IMG/VR virus record: IMGVR_UViG_3300025608_000017
Coordinates: 1 to 64,000 of that record
Strand: one strand, 5' to 3'
DNA length: 64,000 nucleotides
Source: a virus
Lineage: Duplodnaviria > Caudoviricetes
Made by a program: the position numbers and the translations under genes. Numbering within the stretch: position 1 is the stretch's first letter; each line of letters opens with the position of its first letter. The notes below the pieces were generated by a model that searched no databases, had not been told where the DNA came from, and saw only the letters and a program-made list of their open reading frames with translations. This document shows, in pieces, positions 1 through 8,609 of this stretch.

Positions 1-1
1 C

Positions 2-1042
2 GTCATACAATGCTGCTCCGCTAAAAAATTCTTTGTTTAGTTTTGTGCGTTGCTTTTCAAGACTCACAAGATAATCATCATAGTTTTCCATGTAGTCACG
101 AATCTTAGCAACAAGCTCGCCACGATGCTGACGATATGTGCTGTAGTCTTCTGTCCACTTGCTGGGATATGTAAACTCTGGCACAGCCATTTCACTGTAG
201 CTCAGTCTATCAGGAACAACAGGAATAGCATCTACAAGTGCGCCTTCATACCAGCTAATGCCCAGTGTTTCCTGCAAGTTAGCTGAGAACACCATCTTAG
301 CTTCACCCAACAAGTTGTGATACTCGTTCTTAGTAAGCTCACGTTCTTGACACACTACAAATTCATATTCAGGAAGTTGTTCAGCTAGGTCACGGAAAAT
401 GTCTACTTGCTTCTCTGGTGCTACACGATGCGGGAACAAGATAAGATCTCGCTTTTCCATTCCTGTGTATTGTATAAGACTGTCTTTCAAATACTCCATA
501 GGCCAGCCTACTTTGATCGCTTTGTCCATGTCAACATCATAATTGTCCATCATAGTGTCTGTAAACAAATCAATATGAAAGTCAGTGGCATAGAAGTTGT
601 CATCGTAGCACTCGTACATTGACATTTCAGCATGTCTAACCCAAGGTTTATCTCCTATGAGACGACCCAAGAAGTCATGAGGATCATAACTACCAGCATG
701 CCAAAGGCCACCGATTCCAATGTCGACCCCAAGGAGTTCAGCCATGTAGCGCAACTGGATAACAGTTGGGTTCCACGCATCCGTATATAGGAAATAATCT
801 CCATCTTTAATTTCTCCGTTACAAAACATCTCGCCAATTTGTTCGAGTTGTTTAGATTTATAAACGTTAGTACCACCGAAGTTAAGGAAAGCCCCAGGCG
901 TAGTTGCCTGAGGCGTTTCCCCACCACTAATAACAACTACATTGTCATTTGTAGCGTGACGCAGTTGTTTGGGCAAATGTTCTTTCCATTGCTTAGTATA
1001 ACGTGTGTCTACTGCTTCGATGTCGACAATGTAGATGGTCAT
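2..1042 (-). CDS. GT-B fold glycosyltransferase (GT4-like), runs off the left edge
   Basis: Not in the ORF track because it has no stop in the window. Manual translation from ATG 1042: MTIYIVDIEAVDTRYTKQW...LWHAGSYDPHD...FPHRVAPEKQ...VFSANLQETLGISWYEG. The E-x7-E motif (ETLGISWYE) is typical of retaining GT4 enzymes. Confidence 0.75.
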   Translation of the reverse strand, partial: MTIYIVDIEAVDTRYTKQWKEHLPKQLRHATNDNVVVISGGETPQATTPGAFLNFGGTNVYKSKQLEQIGEMFCNGEIKDGDYFLYTDAWNPTVIQLRYMAELLGVDIGIGGLWHAGSYDPHDFLGRLIGDKPWVRHAEMSMYECYDDNFYATDFHIDLFTDTMMDNYDVDMDKAIKVGWPMEYLKDSLIQYTGMEKRDLILFPHRVAPEKQVDIFRDLAEQLPEYEFVVCQERELTKNEYHNLLGEAKMVFSANLQETLGISWYEGALVDAIPVVPDRLSYSEMAVPEFTYPSKWTEDYSTYRQHRGELVAKIRDYMENYDDYLVSLEKQRTKLNKEFFSGAALYD

Positions 1043-1044
1043 AA

Positions 1045-1284
1045 TTAGTTACTCCGGTTGTTATTGCGTGGTGTAAACTTGCGTTCGCGTTGAACAAAGT
1101 CTTTGCCGCCGTTTCGTGCTTTTGCTCGTAGCCAGCCTTGATACTTTTGATAGGCAATCCAATTAGGATCATCCTTCTTATAAAGTGCTGCTTCATCAAA
1201 CACTTTGCCTTCAAAACGACAATAATCACGATATTGATCGAGATCGTTAAAAACTTTATTCACTGCTGGATTAGCAATTGTCAT
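1045..1284 (-). CDS. hypothetical protein
   Basis: 79 aa ORF packed in the operon between the DpdL-like gene and the GT. Confidence 0.7.
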   Translation of the reverse strand: MTIANPAVNKVFNDLDQYRDYCRFEGKVFDEAALYKKDDPNWIAYQKYQGWLRAKARNGGKDFVQRERKFTPRNNNRSN

Positions 1285-1299
1285 AATATATTCCTCTTG

Positions 1300-1740
1300 T
1301 TATGACTTGGGATAAAAAATAGAACAGCCATTTTCGTTATCTTCAGCTACGCTGATCTCTACAAAGCGGCCGGGATACTTTGCAGCGATTTCTTGATACA
1401 AGTCATCTGCGATCATCTCACAGCTCTTGTGGTCTAACTCTAGTACGCCTTCGACGTCATAGAGTCGTTGCATCCAGCGTTTAAACTGAATGAACTCAAT
1501 GTCGCGATCATTATGAAATACTTCAATACGAACACGAAAGTGAAAGATATGACGATGCGGAATGCCAAGGAATGATACATCATCCCAATCGCCTGTTGCT
1601 AGTTTAGGATCAGTATCTGCGCCTGGGTACATATGTACACCTTCTTTAGCGAAAGTTACCCAAATACTACGTTGTGCTGTGTCCATGTTTCTCTCTTCTT
1701 TTAATTTACGTAACATGTAATCGTGATAGCGTTCTTGCAT
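1300..1740 (-). CDS. dpdL: QueD-like T-fold protein with the DpdL (CDG decarboxylase) signature
   Basis: FLGIPHRHIFHF matches LxxxHRHxF, the motif I recall for DpdL, rather than the QueD CxxxHG[HY] motif. It also has HNDRDIEF and SCEMIA...EDNENG T-fold motifs. Confidence 0.7.
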   Translation of the reverse strand: MQERYHDYMLRKLKEERNMDTAQRSIWVTFAKEGVHMYPGADTDPKLATGDWDDVSFLGIPHRHIFHFRVRIEVFHNDRDIEFIQFKRWMQRLYDVEGVLELDHKSCEMIADDLYQEIAAKYPGRFVEISVAEDNENGCSIFYPKS

Positions 1741-1746
1741 AATACT

Positions 1747-1775
1747 ATTATACCTTCAATCAATGACTGTGTCAA
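1747..1775 (-). promoter_or_regulatory. consensus sigma70 promoter TTGACA-N17-TATAAT for dpdL/GT
   Basis: Exact consensus read on the minus strand, overlapping the 3' end of the upstream ORF. Confidence 0.8.
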
Positions 1776-2283
1776 GTCCATAATCGTTCCAATCTGTATA
1801 AACTTTACGATCCATTAGATTGTGTACGCTATGACACCACACTCCGCTATTTGTATCGCCCCATGTGTTGTCATCTAGCTTAACAGTTGCATTATAATTG
1901 AACTGTTTAATGTAAGGAAGTTTGACACTAATCATACTAATAAAGTTATTGTATTCATCATATCCAGATTCTAATACACCATAACTGTATACTGCATCAA
2001 AGTCTAGTGTACACCAGTAGCCTTCTTTGAGAAGTGGCATAATCATGTCTTCCCATGCTTGCCAGTCTGCTGCATCTTCTGGAAGATTTAGACCGGGAGT
2101 AAAGCTCTGGCTAGTTCCAAAGTATAGATGCTTGATGCCGTGAGCGTCTGCACGTTTTTTAATTTCTTCTGCAGGTTGTACACCTACAACAAACAGTGTT
2201 TGCTCACCGTACATAGCAGTATGCTCGACTTCAGTACCAATAAAGTATACTACATCTTGTCTTTCTTCAGTGTTTAGTCCCAT
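1756..2283 (-). CDS. hypothetical protein in the deazaguanine locus
   Basis: 175 aa globular ORF (YFIGTEVEHT, HLYFG, WCTLDFD, GVWCH). Family not recognised. Confidence 0.7.
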   Translation of the reverse strand: MGLNTEERQDVVYFIGTEVEHTAMYGEQTLFVVGVQPAEEIKKRADAHGIKHLYFGTSQSFTPGLNLPEDAADWQAWEDMIMPLLKEGYWCTLDFDAVYSYGVLESGYDEYNNFISMISVKLPYIKQFNYNATVKLDDNTWGDTNSGVWCHSVHNLMDRKVYTDWNDYGLDTVID

Positions 2284-3200
2284 TTGATATAACCTCTGCT
2301 GTAGCCGTTAGGACGATTTAGTCCATCGTCAAATGCTTGTTGCCATTCCGTACTTCTATTATACGCTTTAGTCCAGAAGTTGTCAACTATTAATTGCTCA
2401 TTAGTGATCCATTTTTCGGCACACACCATTGCATCAATAAAACATTCTGCTCTCGGACTGGGAAAAACAATAGTACAGGCTTTCCAAAGTAGGTTGCCGT
2501 AATCACTTGTTAATTGCTTCTGCACTCCTAGCACCAACAATGCTTCGTTGGTATATTCAACAGCATCCAACACGTCTGTTCTTGAACTTAGGTCTATAAC
2601 AACATCGTAACTTCCAACAGGCTCACTCTGTAAAGTGTCTCCCCATAGCTCTCTGTTATAGTTGCCTACAACATCAACAGCTTCAAACTTGATATCAAGT
2701 AGTTCTAAAGTTTTGTATACAATTTGTGCAAGAAAGCCACTGCCTAAAATAAGACAGCGTTTGCCTTCGCCTGCCCGAACTTTGATTGCATCTAACGGTT
2801 GCATCACAACATTAATGCCACATGCAACAGGTTCTAGGATGTATTTAGGCTCAGCACTGGGAACAGGAACATATTCATTTGCTCTACAATTGTAGTAGTC
2901 TGCATATGCAGGCTCGCCCCTTGTTGCTACATAATCACCAACACCGACATTACTGATGTTGTCTCCTACTTGTGTAACAACACCCAGTCCTTCGTGTCCT
3001 TGCATACTCAGTGGAAGCGGCCCGAAGTTTCCCAGCATCATTTCTAAATCGCTACGACACACTCCGGTCATGACAGCTTTAACTTCTATCTCATCCGCAG
3101 TGTGCGCAGGCTTGGTCCATTCGATTTCTTCGAACTTGCCTTTGCCTGTTGTGCTTAACAGTTTAACTTTCATAGTGCCTCTATTTGCTGATGAATCCAA
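2274..3200 (-). CDS. Zn-dependent alcohol/polyol dehydrogenase (MDR superfamily)
   Basis: GVCRSD, GHEGLG and LEP catalytic Zn ligands; GSGFLA Rossmann loop; no structural-zinc Cys lobe. Confidence 0.85.
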   Translation of the reverse strand: MDSSANRGTMKVKLLSTTGKGKFEEIEWTKPAHTADEIEVKAVMTGVCRSDLEMMLGNFGPLPLSMQGHEGLGVVTQVGDNISNVGVGDYVATRGEPAYADYYNCRANEYVPVPSAEPKYILEPVACGINVVMQPLDAIKVRAGEGKRCLILGSGFLAQIVYKTLELLDIKFEAVDVVGNYNRELWGDTLQSEPVGSYDVVIDLSSRTDVLDAVEYTNEALLVLGVQKQLTSDYGNLLWKACTIVFPSPRAECFIDAMVCAEKWITNEQLIVDNFWTKAYNRSTEWQQAFDDGLNRPNGYSRGYIKWD

Positions 3201-4036
3201 ACATCTTGTGACAATTGTTCACGCCAGAACTCATTGTTATTTAGGTTGTCCACAGCATCTTGTATCATATTTTTGTATGCACTTTCTGGACACCAACCTA
3301 GGTCAATAACAGTATCTTTGTCAAATCTAATACAACTTTCTTCTTTAGTCATATCTCGCCAATTTGCTTCAAGATGCCATTTGTTGTCATATTGCAAACT
3401 ACTAAAGTCGTCTACATCATGTGTGCCTTGACGGTTGATAGTGCCGTAGTCAGTGCTGTCAACTTCATCCAATTGCCATTGCTGTTTACTTTGTTTTTCA
3501 CTTGCAGATGTATTGTTCCAGTCCGTATTCATTACAATGTACAAGCTTAAAAGATGAGGCAATAAGTCTCTGCTCACGCCGCCGTATGCTAATTCTTTAT
3601 TAGTAAACCAACTGCCAGGATTAGGAATACAGTTCTTTCTAATCCAGTTAATGTCTACACGATTGCTCTGAGTTGCTAGAGACTTCATTTCAGAAATGTT
3701 GTCTCTCCACATATTATTCTTTACCATCATAATACGTGTATCGGGAAAACTGTTACACACAGTTTTCCATTCATTGCTATCTTTAAAGCCAGGCTTTTCT
3801 ACAAACACAATATCAGCATGTGGCGCAACAAGTTCTGTAATTTCTTTGTGTGTAAAATTAGGAGTACACACATTAACAGTGTCAAAGTGTCCGTGAACTT
3901 CTAGTGCAGTTTCCACTCTAACATAATCAGGGTCTTTGCTCGGATCAGTATCTACAGTTACTACACTGTATCCTAAACTAGATAGCACAGACTTGTATAA
4001 TCCGCCTATGCCCATTCCTATTACAAGACTTTTCAT
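3170..4036 (-). CDS. Gfo/Idh/MocA family oxidoreductase
   Basis: IGMGIG Rossmann loop, VCTPNFTH, VFVEKP, GGVSRDLLPH motifs. Confidence 0.85.
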   Translation of the reverse strand: MKSLVIGMGIGGLYKSVLSSLGYSVVTVDTDPSKDPDYVRVETALEVHGHFDTVNVCTPNFTHKEITELVAPHADIVFVEKPGFKDSNEWKTVCNSFPDTRIMMVKNNMWRDNISEMKSLATQSNRVDINWIRKNCIPNPGSWFTNKELAYGGVSRDLLPHLLSLYIVMNTDWNNTSASEKQSKQQWQLDEVDSTDYGTINRQGTHDVDDFSSLQYDNKWHLEANWRDMTKEESCIRFDKDTVIDLGWCPESAYKNMIQDAVDNLNNNEFWREQLSQDVWIHQQIEAL

Positions 4037-4155
4037 TCTTCTTCCTTAACTAAGAAGTGAACCTTAACAACACCATCTTTGTTCTTTTTAATATAGTATT
4101 CAAGACCTGCGTCTCTAAATATTTTTTTAAGTTCGTCGAAGGTATGTTCTTTCAT
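4033..4155 (-). CDS. small hypothetical protein (40 aa)
   Basis: Manual: MKEHTFDELKKIFRDAGLEYYIKKNKDGVVKVHFLVKEEE, with ATGA overlaps on both sides. Confidence 0.6.
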   Translation of the reverse strand: MKEHTFDELKKIFRDAGLEYYIKKNKDGVVKVHFLVKEEE

Positions 4156-4361
4156 TCTAAACCTTTTTGTAGCAAGTATGCATTGATTCGATGCATTTCA
4201 TCTTTTAGATAAAGTTTCATAGTTTTCATTCTACGAACTTCATCTGTTACTGTCATATTATTATACTTGGTTTCAAGTTCTTCGTCAAGTTCTTTGTGCT
4301 TGCGACTTAGTTCATCATAATGTGCTAAAAGTTTATCTTTAGTTTCATTATAGTTGCTCAT
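4152..4361 (-). CDS. small coiled-coil protein (DUF465/YdcH-like)
   Basis: LSRKHKELDEEL...KTMKLYLKDEM pattern; likely start is MSNYNE at 4361. Confidence 0.55.
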   Translation of the reverse strand: MSNYNETKDKLLAHYDELSRKHKELDEELETKYNNMTVTDEVRRMKTMKLYLKDEMHRINAYLLQKGLE

Positions 4362-5883
4362 CCAAATTCTCCAACTTAGTTTCGTCAAAAGTTTCTTCGT
4401 CGTCTGAAACTTTTGGCTCTTCTACATCAAATAGTGCATTAAAATGTGTGCTAGCATTTACTGTTTTCTTGCCAACCGCGCCGCGTGTGCCAGGAATCTG
4501 CATCCACAATCTACTGTGATCTTCTATTATTTTATTTGCTTCTTCTCTAGTTTCAGCAGCAAAAACAGCATTGATAACATCTCTGCTGTAGAGTTGATCA
4601 AATTTTTCATTCACCAGCATTGCAGGAACTTTTCCTTCGTCATATTGACGATTTGCTTCTTGTACAGCGTTTAGATGCATCCATACATTGTGTGCCATTA
4701 GAATTGCATAACTAAAACTATCCCACGAAGTTCTACCTTCCTTGCCAATTCTGTTTAGATCACCAGGTGCATAAATGCACACGTCTTTGGTTAAGACATC
4801 GTTCATAACTGGACTATTAGAAAAGTTTTTATGATGACCGTCTTGGACCACAGCATCTCGGAACAGTCTTGTATCCTGTGCATACTTCTTGTCATCTAAT
4901 GCTGCTGCCATTCGATATGACCACTTGCCGCGATCTTCTATTTCAAGTTCGGTGTAGACCTGACCGTTTGCAGTTGCAAGAAACGGACTAGCACAATCAA
5001 AACTAATAGTAAATTTAGGATTATGATACTTGCGCACAGCACGTTGAATGTCGGTTAGAACCAACGCCCACTCTAGTTTGCTTGTACCCAAGAAGTGCAT
5101 CCAGTCGTGCAGTCCTTCTTCTAGCAATCCATCAAAGCGTAGTGCAACCAAACGTTTAAGAACCAAGTGTACGTCACACATGTTCTGTCCGCCCATGCCC
5201 CAACCATTGAAATGATTGTCTGGATATATCTTTGGATCACAGAACTTCTTCATACGATCATACCAATCGTCGGCATCTGCATGATTCTCGCCTTGTAGAA
5301 CGTTTAAGAATTTGCAATTGCCGTTTCTGTTTTGGATAAAGTACTCATTATTAATTTCAGTAGCTTTGCATGCTTCTTCGTATGTGCTAATGCCTGTAGC
5401 TTTTTGACCTTCTGGTGACCGAGCAACCCATGCCGGAATATCCAAGCACATACCATAGTCCATTAGGCTGTCCATCCAAGTCAACACTTGTTTGCGCTTT
5501 TTCATAGCAGCAGGACAGTTGGGATCTTTCCAGTCAGCGGGCCATTTGCCTTTACCAATCTGGAATCCACCTGAGTCGCCTAATACCCAACTATCGCCAT
5601 TACGTGGGCGTTTGCGGAACATATCTTCTCTATCATCTTGCTTGTTTAAATCAAGATTAGCATGTCCTGCAGAGTACAAACACCATTTGTAATAGAGTAA
5701 CGGACTTTTAGGATCCAAGTAATTGATACTTTCTACATCGTTTGTAAAGTTTTTAGGCAGTCTAGAAGGTTCAATATACGGATACCTATTTCTCTGATAT
5801 CCAACGAATGCTGAGTAAAATCCGGATGTTGCCGGTAAAAATAGTGCATAATCACTTTGTGTTGATGTTAAGTCTTTGATCAT
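4348..5883 (-). CDS. dpdA: DpdA-family 7-deazaguanine DNA transglycosylase (TGT fold)
   Basis: TGT motifs DSGGFQ, LDIP, VLQG, GWGMGG, HFLGTS, SFDCASP, in a phage locus with QueD-like genes. Subfamily not assignable by eye. Confidence 0.8.
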   Translation of the reverse strand: MIKDLTSTQSDYALFLPATSGFYSAFVGYQRNRYPYIEPSRLPKNFTNDVESINYLDPKSPLLYYKWCLYSAGHANLDLNKQDDREDMFRKRPRNGDSWVLGDSGGFQIGKGKWPADWKDPNCPAAMKKRKQVLTWMDSLMDYGMCLDIPAWVARSPEGQKATGISTYEEACKATEINNEYFIQNRNGNCKFLNVLQGENHADADDWYDRMKKFCDPKIYPDNHFNGWGMGGQNMCDVHLVLKRLVALRFDGLLEEGLHDWMHFLGTSKLEWALVLTDIQRAVRKYHNPKFTISFDCASPFLATANGQVYTELEIEDRGKWSYRMAAALDDKKYAQDTRLFRDAVVQDGHHKNFSNSPVMNDVLTKDVCIYAPGDLNRIGKEGRTSWDSFSYAILMAHNVWMHLNAVQEANRQYDEGKVPAMLVNEKFDQLYSRDVINAVFAAETREEANKIIEDHSRLWMQIPGTRGAVGKKTVNASTHFNALFDVEEPKVSDDEETFDETKLENLDEQL

Positions 5884-6240
5884 TTAATTCCCTATCAAGT
5901 TTTGTGATATTACCATCATACTCAGCCAAATCCATAATGTATTAAATCCAACAAGTGTAGGTAACAATTTTTTGTTACTTGCCCATATAAGAGACAGGCT
6001 AGTAACCAGTGCTACAAAATATAATTGCCAAATATTCACACCGAATATTAATGCAGGAATAATGATAATAGCTTTTGCAATCCAACTAGCAGCTTCGATA
6101 ATATTGTAATTGGTCCAGTAAGAACGTGTAAACCACATTTTATAACATTCAAGAACATTACGCCAGCCGGTTACAGTATAAACAGCACTAGTCAATAACA
6201 ACCAGCTGACGATAGCAAATATTACTTGAGTTTGTGTCAT
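5884..6240 (-). CDS. small multi-pass membrane protein
   Basis: 118 aa with about 4 hydrophobic segments. Confidence 0.7.
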   Translation of the reverse strand: MTQTQVIFAIVSWLLLTSAVYTVTGWRNVLECYKMWFTRSYWTNYNIIEAASWIAKAIIIIPALIFGVNIWQLYFVALVTSLSLIWASNKKLLPTLVGFNTLWIWLSMMVISQNLIGN

Positions 6241-6243
6241 ATT

Positions 6244-6987
6244 TTATTTGCTCTGCGCTGGAAGAATGTAACTGTATTCTGCAAGTCCGCTATCAACTGT
6301 GATCTTCATAGCGCCTTGATCTGAAATACTCATTGTAACATCACCGCTCAAGTTTAGAATTGCTTGTACAGCAGCCACAGGCCAACTCCATGTGTGTTGT
6401 AGTGTACCTTCTACAGCGTTCTGAAACACAAACTCGCCTGCGTGTGTACTTGCATCGCCAAAGCTAAACACGAGATCATTTGTGCCACCAGTTGCTTTAG
6501 TAGTAACATTGAATGTAGGTTCTTCGTTGTGTGCAGCACTCATCAGTTTCATACGTCCGATACTAGCAACACTAGGTTTAAACTCTACTGCCCATGCAGC
6601 ACCTTTAAATGTAACAGTTTTTAACTTCTCTTCGATAATTGCTTTGTTCATAAAGCGATAATCATTTTGGAAGTCACCTGTTGCATTTTCAAAGTGAATG
6701 TGCGTAGGAATTGTTTCACCATTGCGTTCTGCTTGTACAACTTCAATTTTAGCATCCGTTTTATATTCTGGATTCTTTAGGTGTAGTGCAAGCTTGTCTA
6801 GGTTAGGCATACCAAATGTGCCTGTGAACTCGTTAACTGCATTATGTGTAGTTGCACTTAGAATTACACTGCGATCTTCTGCCATCGAGTCAACTTTTGT
6901 TTCACCGTTATCCGATGTAACTTTAACCAGTGGCAAAAATCCTAGTGCATGTGTGTGTGCAACTACGTCTTGTAAAATATCTTTCAT
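6244..6987 (-). CDS. DNA polymerase sliding clamp (gp45/PCNA-like)
   Basis: 247 aa with clamp-like size and beta-rich pattern (SMAEDRSVIL, C-terminal YSYILPAQ); polB and a clamp loader are in the window. Confidence 0.65.
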   Translation of the reverse strand: MKDILQDVVAHTHALGFLPLVKVTSDNGETKVDSMAEDRSVILSATTHNAVNEFTGTFGMPNLDKLALHLKNPEYKTDAKIEVVQAERNGETIPTHIHFENATGDFQNDYRFMNKAIIEEKLKTVTFKGAAWAVEFKPSVASIGRMKLMSAAHNEEPTFNVTTKATGGTNDLVFSFGDASTHAGEFVFQNAVEGTLQHTWSWPVAAVQAILNLSGDVTMSISDQGAMKITVDSGLAEYSYILPAQSK

Positions 6988-7754
6988 ACTGTTTCTCCAT
7001 TGAATATGTTTATTATATTGCCTTTGTCTTCATTTGTCAAGAACTTTTCTACCGTGTATTTAGGTTCAAAGCCCAGTGCCTTCATTTTTTGTGTGTTAGC
7101 ACATGTCCAACTTCTTTCTCCTGGGGTATTTAGACGCACCGGTAAGTCCGGAGCCAAGTCTTGGATCCTAACAGGATTCCCCGTGCCAATATCAACTACA
7201 CCTTTAACGTGTGTAGCCTTTATTAATATTTCAATTGCATCTAGTACATCTTCTAGATGAATAAAATCTCTATAGTGGTTAGTTACGTATTCTAGTGTGC
7301 CGTTGCGTAACTTGTTAAAGAACATATTTTCTCTAGGACAACTATCGCTATACACTGTATGAAAACGCATACCCACATGATCTGTACCGTAGCGTTCTGC
7401 AAGTTCTTCCATGATGAACTTACTAGCTGCATAAGGGTTCAAATCGGGCTCGTAAGCACTCGAACTGCTCGCATACAGTATACGTGTACCTTCATAGCGT
7501 TCGAATAGTCTACGGGTTGCTTCTACGTTGTTGTTCCAATATCCTGCAGGGTCTGTAAAACTTTCACGTACACCACTTTTGCCTGCTAAGTGAATAACAA
7601 GATCGGTGTCGTCTTGCCATCTATCATACGTAAGTAAATCAAACTGAGGACCATTCTTTACGTCAACGCCAAATACATTGTGCCCTCTGTTAATAAGACG
7701 TTTAAATAACGCTGTTCCAATAAAGCCTTTATGACCCGTTAATAGAATATTCAT
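6984..7754 (-). CDS. NAD-dependent nucleotide-sugar epimerase/dehydratase (extended SDR)
   Basis: TGHKGFIG, HLAG, ASSSS, YAASK, RFHTVY, RDFIHLED motifs. Confidence 0.9.
   Translation of the reverse strand: MNILLTGHKGFIGTALFKRLINRGHNVFGVDVKNGPQFDLLTYDRWQDDTDLVIHLAGKSGVRESFTDPAGYWNNNVEATRRLFERYEGTRILYASSSSAYEPDLNPYAASKFIMEELAERYGTDHVGMRFHTVYSDSCPRENMFFNKLRNGTLEYVTNHYRDFIHLEDVLDAIEILIKATHVKGVVDIGTGNPVRIQDLAPDLPVRLNTPGERSWTCANTQKMKALGFEPKYTVEKFLTNEDKGNIINIFNGETV
7012..7040 (-). promoter_or_regulatory. consensus sigma70 promoter TTGACA-N17-TATAAT for clamp to dpdA
   Basis: Exact consensus inside the 3' end of the epimerase gene. Confidence 0.8.
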
Positions 7755-8458
7755 GCTGCTATACCTTGTTCTTGAAATATTTGCAAATACTCCATAGTCT
7801 GTTTCCAGCCGTCTACTTTTCTAAAATGTTTTACTACATTTGCTATAGGAAGATCATTACCGCCTTCATAGATAGCGTCACCAAAGAACCAAGTAGTATC
7901 TTCTTTGTCAAAGTCTTTTATGATTTGACTCTTATCAAAACCTTTAGGGCTAATATCAATACCTGTTTCGCCACCAACTTTTGCTTCTAAGTCAGGAAAC
8001 ATTGTATTAAATGCTGTTGCAATTGTATTACGTTCGTTTGTAGATGTGTCGTATGCTACATACTCTTGACGTTGTTCTGCATCAGCACCACGTCCTACTA
8101 CACTAAAGTTTACCATACCAGGGCGTTTTTCAATATGAGTACCTGTGCGCAAGTTAAATCTACTTTCGTACAAACAACCATTTAAAAAGTATTCAGCAAA
8201 CTCTGGTAATGTCCAATCGTTTGTATGAACGTGTGTTGCGCCTTTCCAAACGTCATTTCCGTTGCATTGATAAACACGTTTACATAGAATATAAGTGTCT
8301 TCGCCTAGTTGCTCGATGGTTTTAGACTTGTCACTGCCAGTAACTAGATAAACGTCATTACTCAAACAAAAAGAATTAAAGAACATTTTAAAATGTATGT
8401 CAATAATACCTCTGCTAGGTGTTAGTGTACCGTCTACATCAAATATAAATTTATTCAT
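7751..8458 (-). CDS. HAD IIB phosphomannomutase-like enzyme
   Basis: FDVDGTLT, LVTGSD, IEKRPGMVNFSVVGR, GGETGIDI, FFGD...GGND (eukaryotic-type PMM motifs). Likely start is MNKF at 8458. Confidence 0.85.
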   Translation of the reverse strand: MNKFIFDVDGTLTPSRGIIDIHFKMFFNSFCLSNDVYLVTGSDKSKTIEQLGEDTYILCKRVYQCNGNDVWKGATHVHTNDWTLPEFAEYFLNGCLYESRFNLRTGTHIEKRPGMVNFSVVGRGADAEQRQEYVAYDTSTNERNTIATAFNTMFPDLEAKVGGETGIDISPKGFDKSQIIKDFDKEDTTWFFGDAIYEGGNDLPIANVVKHFRKVDGWKQTMEYLQIFQEQGIAA

Positions 8459-8609
8459 AATCGCAATATGCAACCTCATTATTTTCAAACATTGTTTCTA
8501 GTACAGCTTGTTCAATATGACAACTCATAGCAGTCTCAAACTCTGCATAATGAGTTACCTTAGGTTCTTCAAGTCCGATAACTGTGCTAACAATCCAAAG
8601 TGTCCACAT
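8451..8609 (-). CDS. small hypothetical protein (52 aa)
   Basis: Manual: MWTLWIVSTVIGLEEPKV...; overlaps both neighbours in coupled fashion. Confidence 0.55.
   Translation of the reverse strand: MWTLWIVSTVIGLEEPKVTHYAEFETAMSCHIEQAVLETMFENNEVAYCDYE

Noticed and set aside
50-1229. Short track ORFs at 50..286, 407..622, 655..936, 839..1048 and 993..1229
   Set aside because: They are shadows of the real minus-strand GT ORF (2..1042), which the track missed because it has no stop in the window.
4348-5883. Ordinary tRNA-guanine transglycosylase (tgt)
   Set aside because: It lacks the CxCxxC zinc site, is longer and divergent, and its phage context with DpdL/QueD favours DNA-acting DpdA. tRNA activity is not formally excluded.
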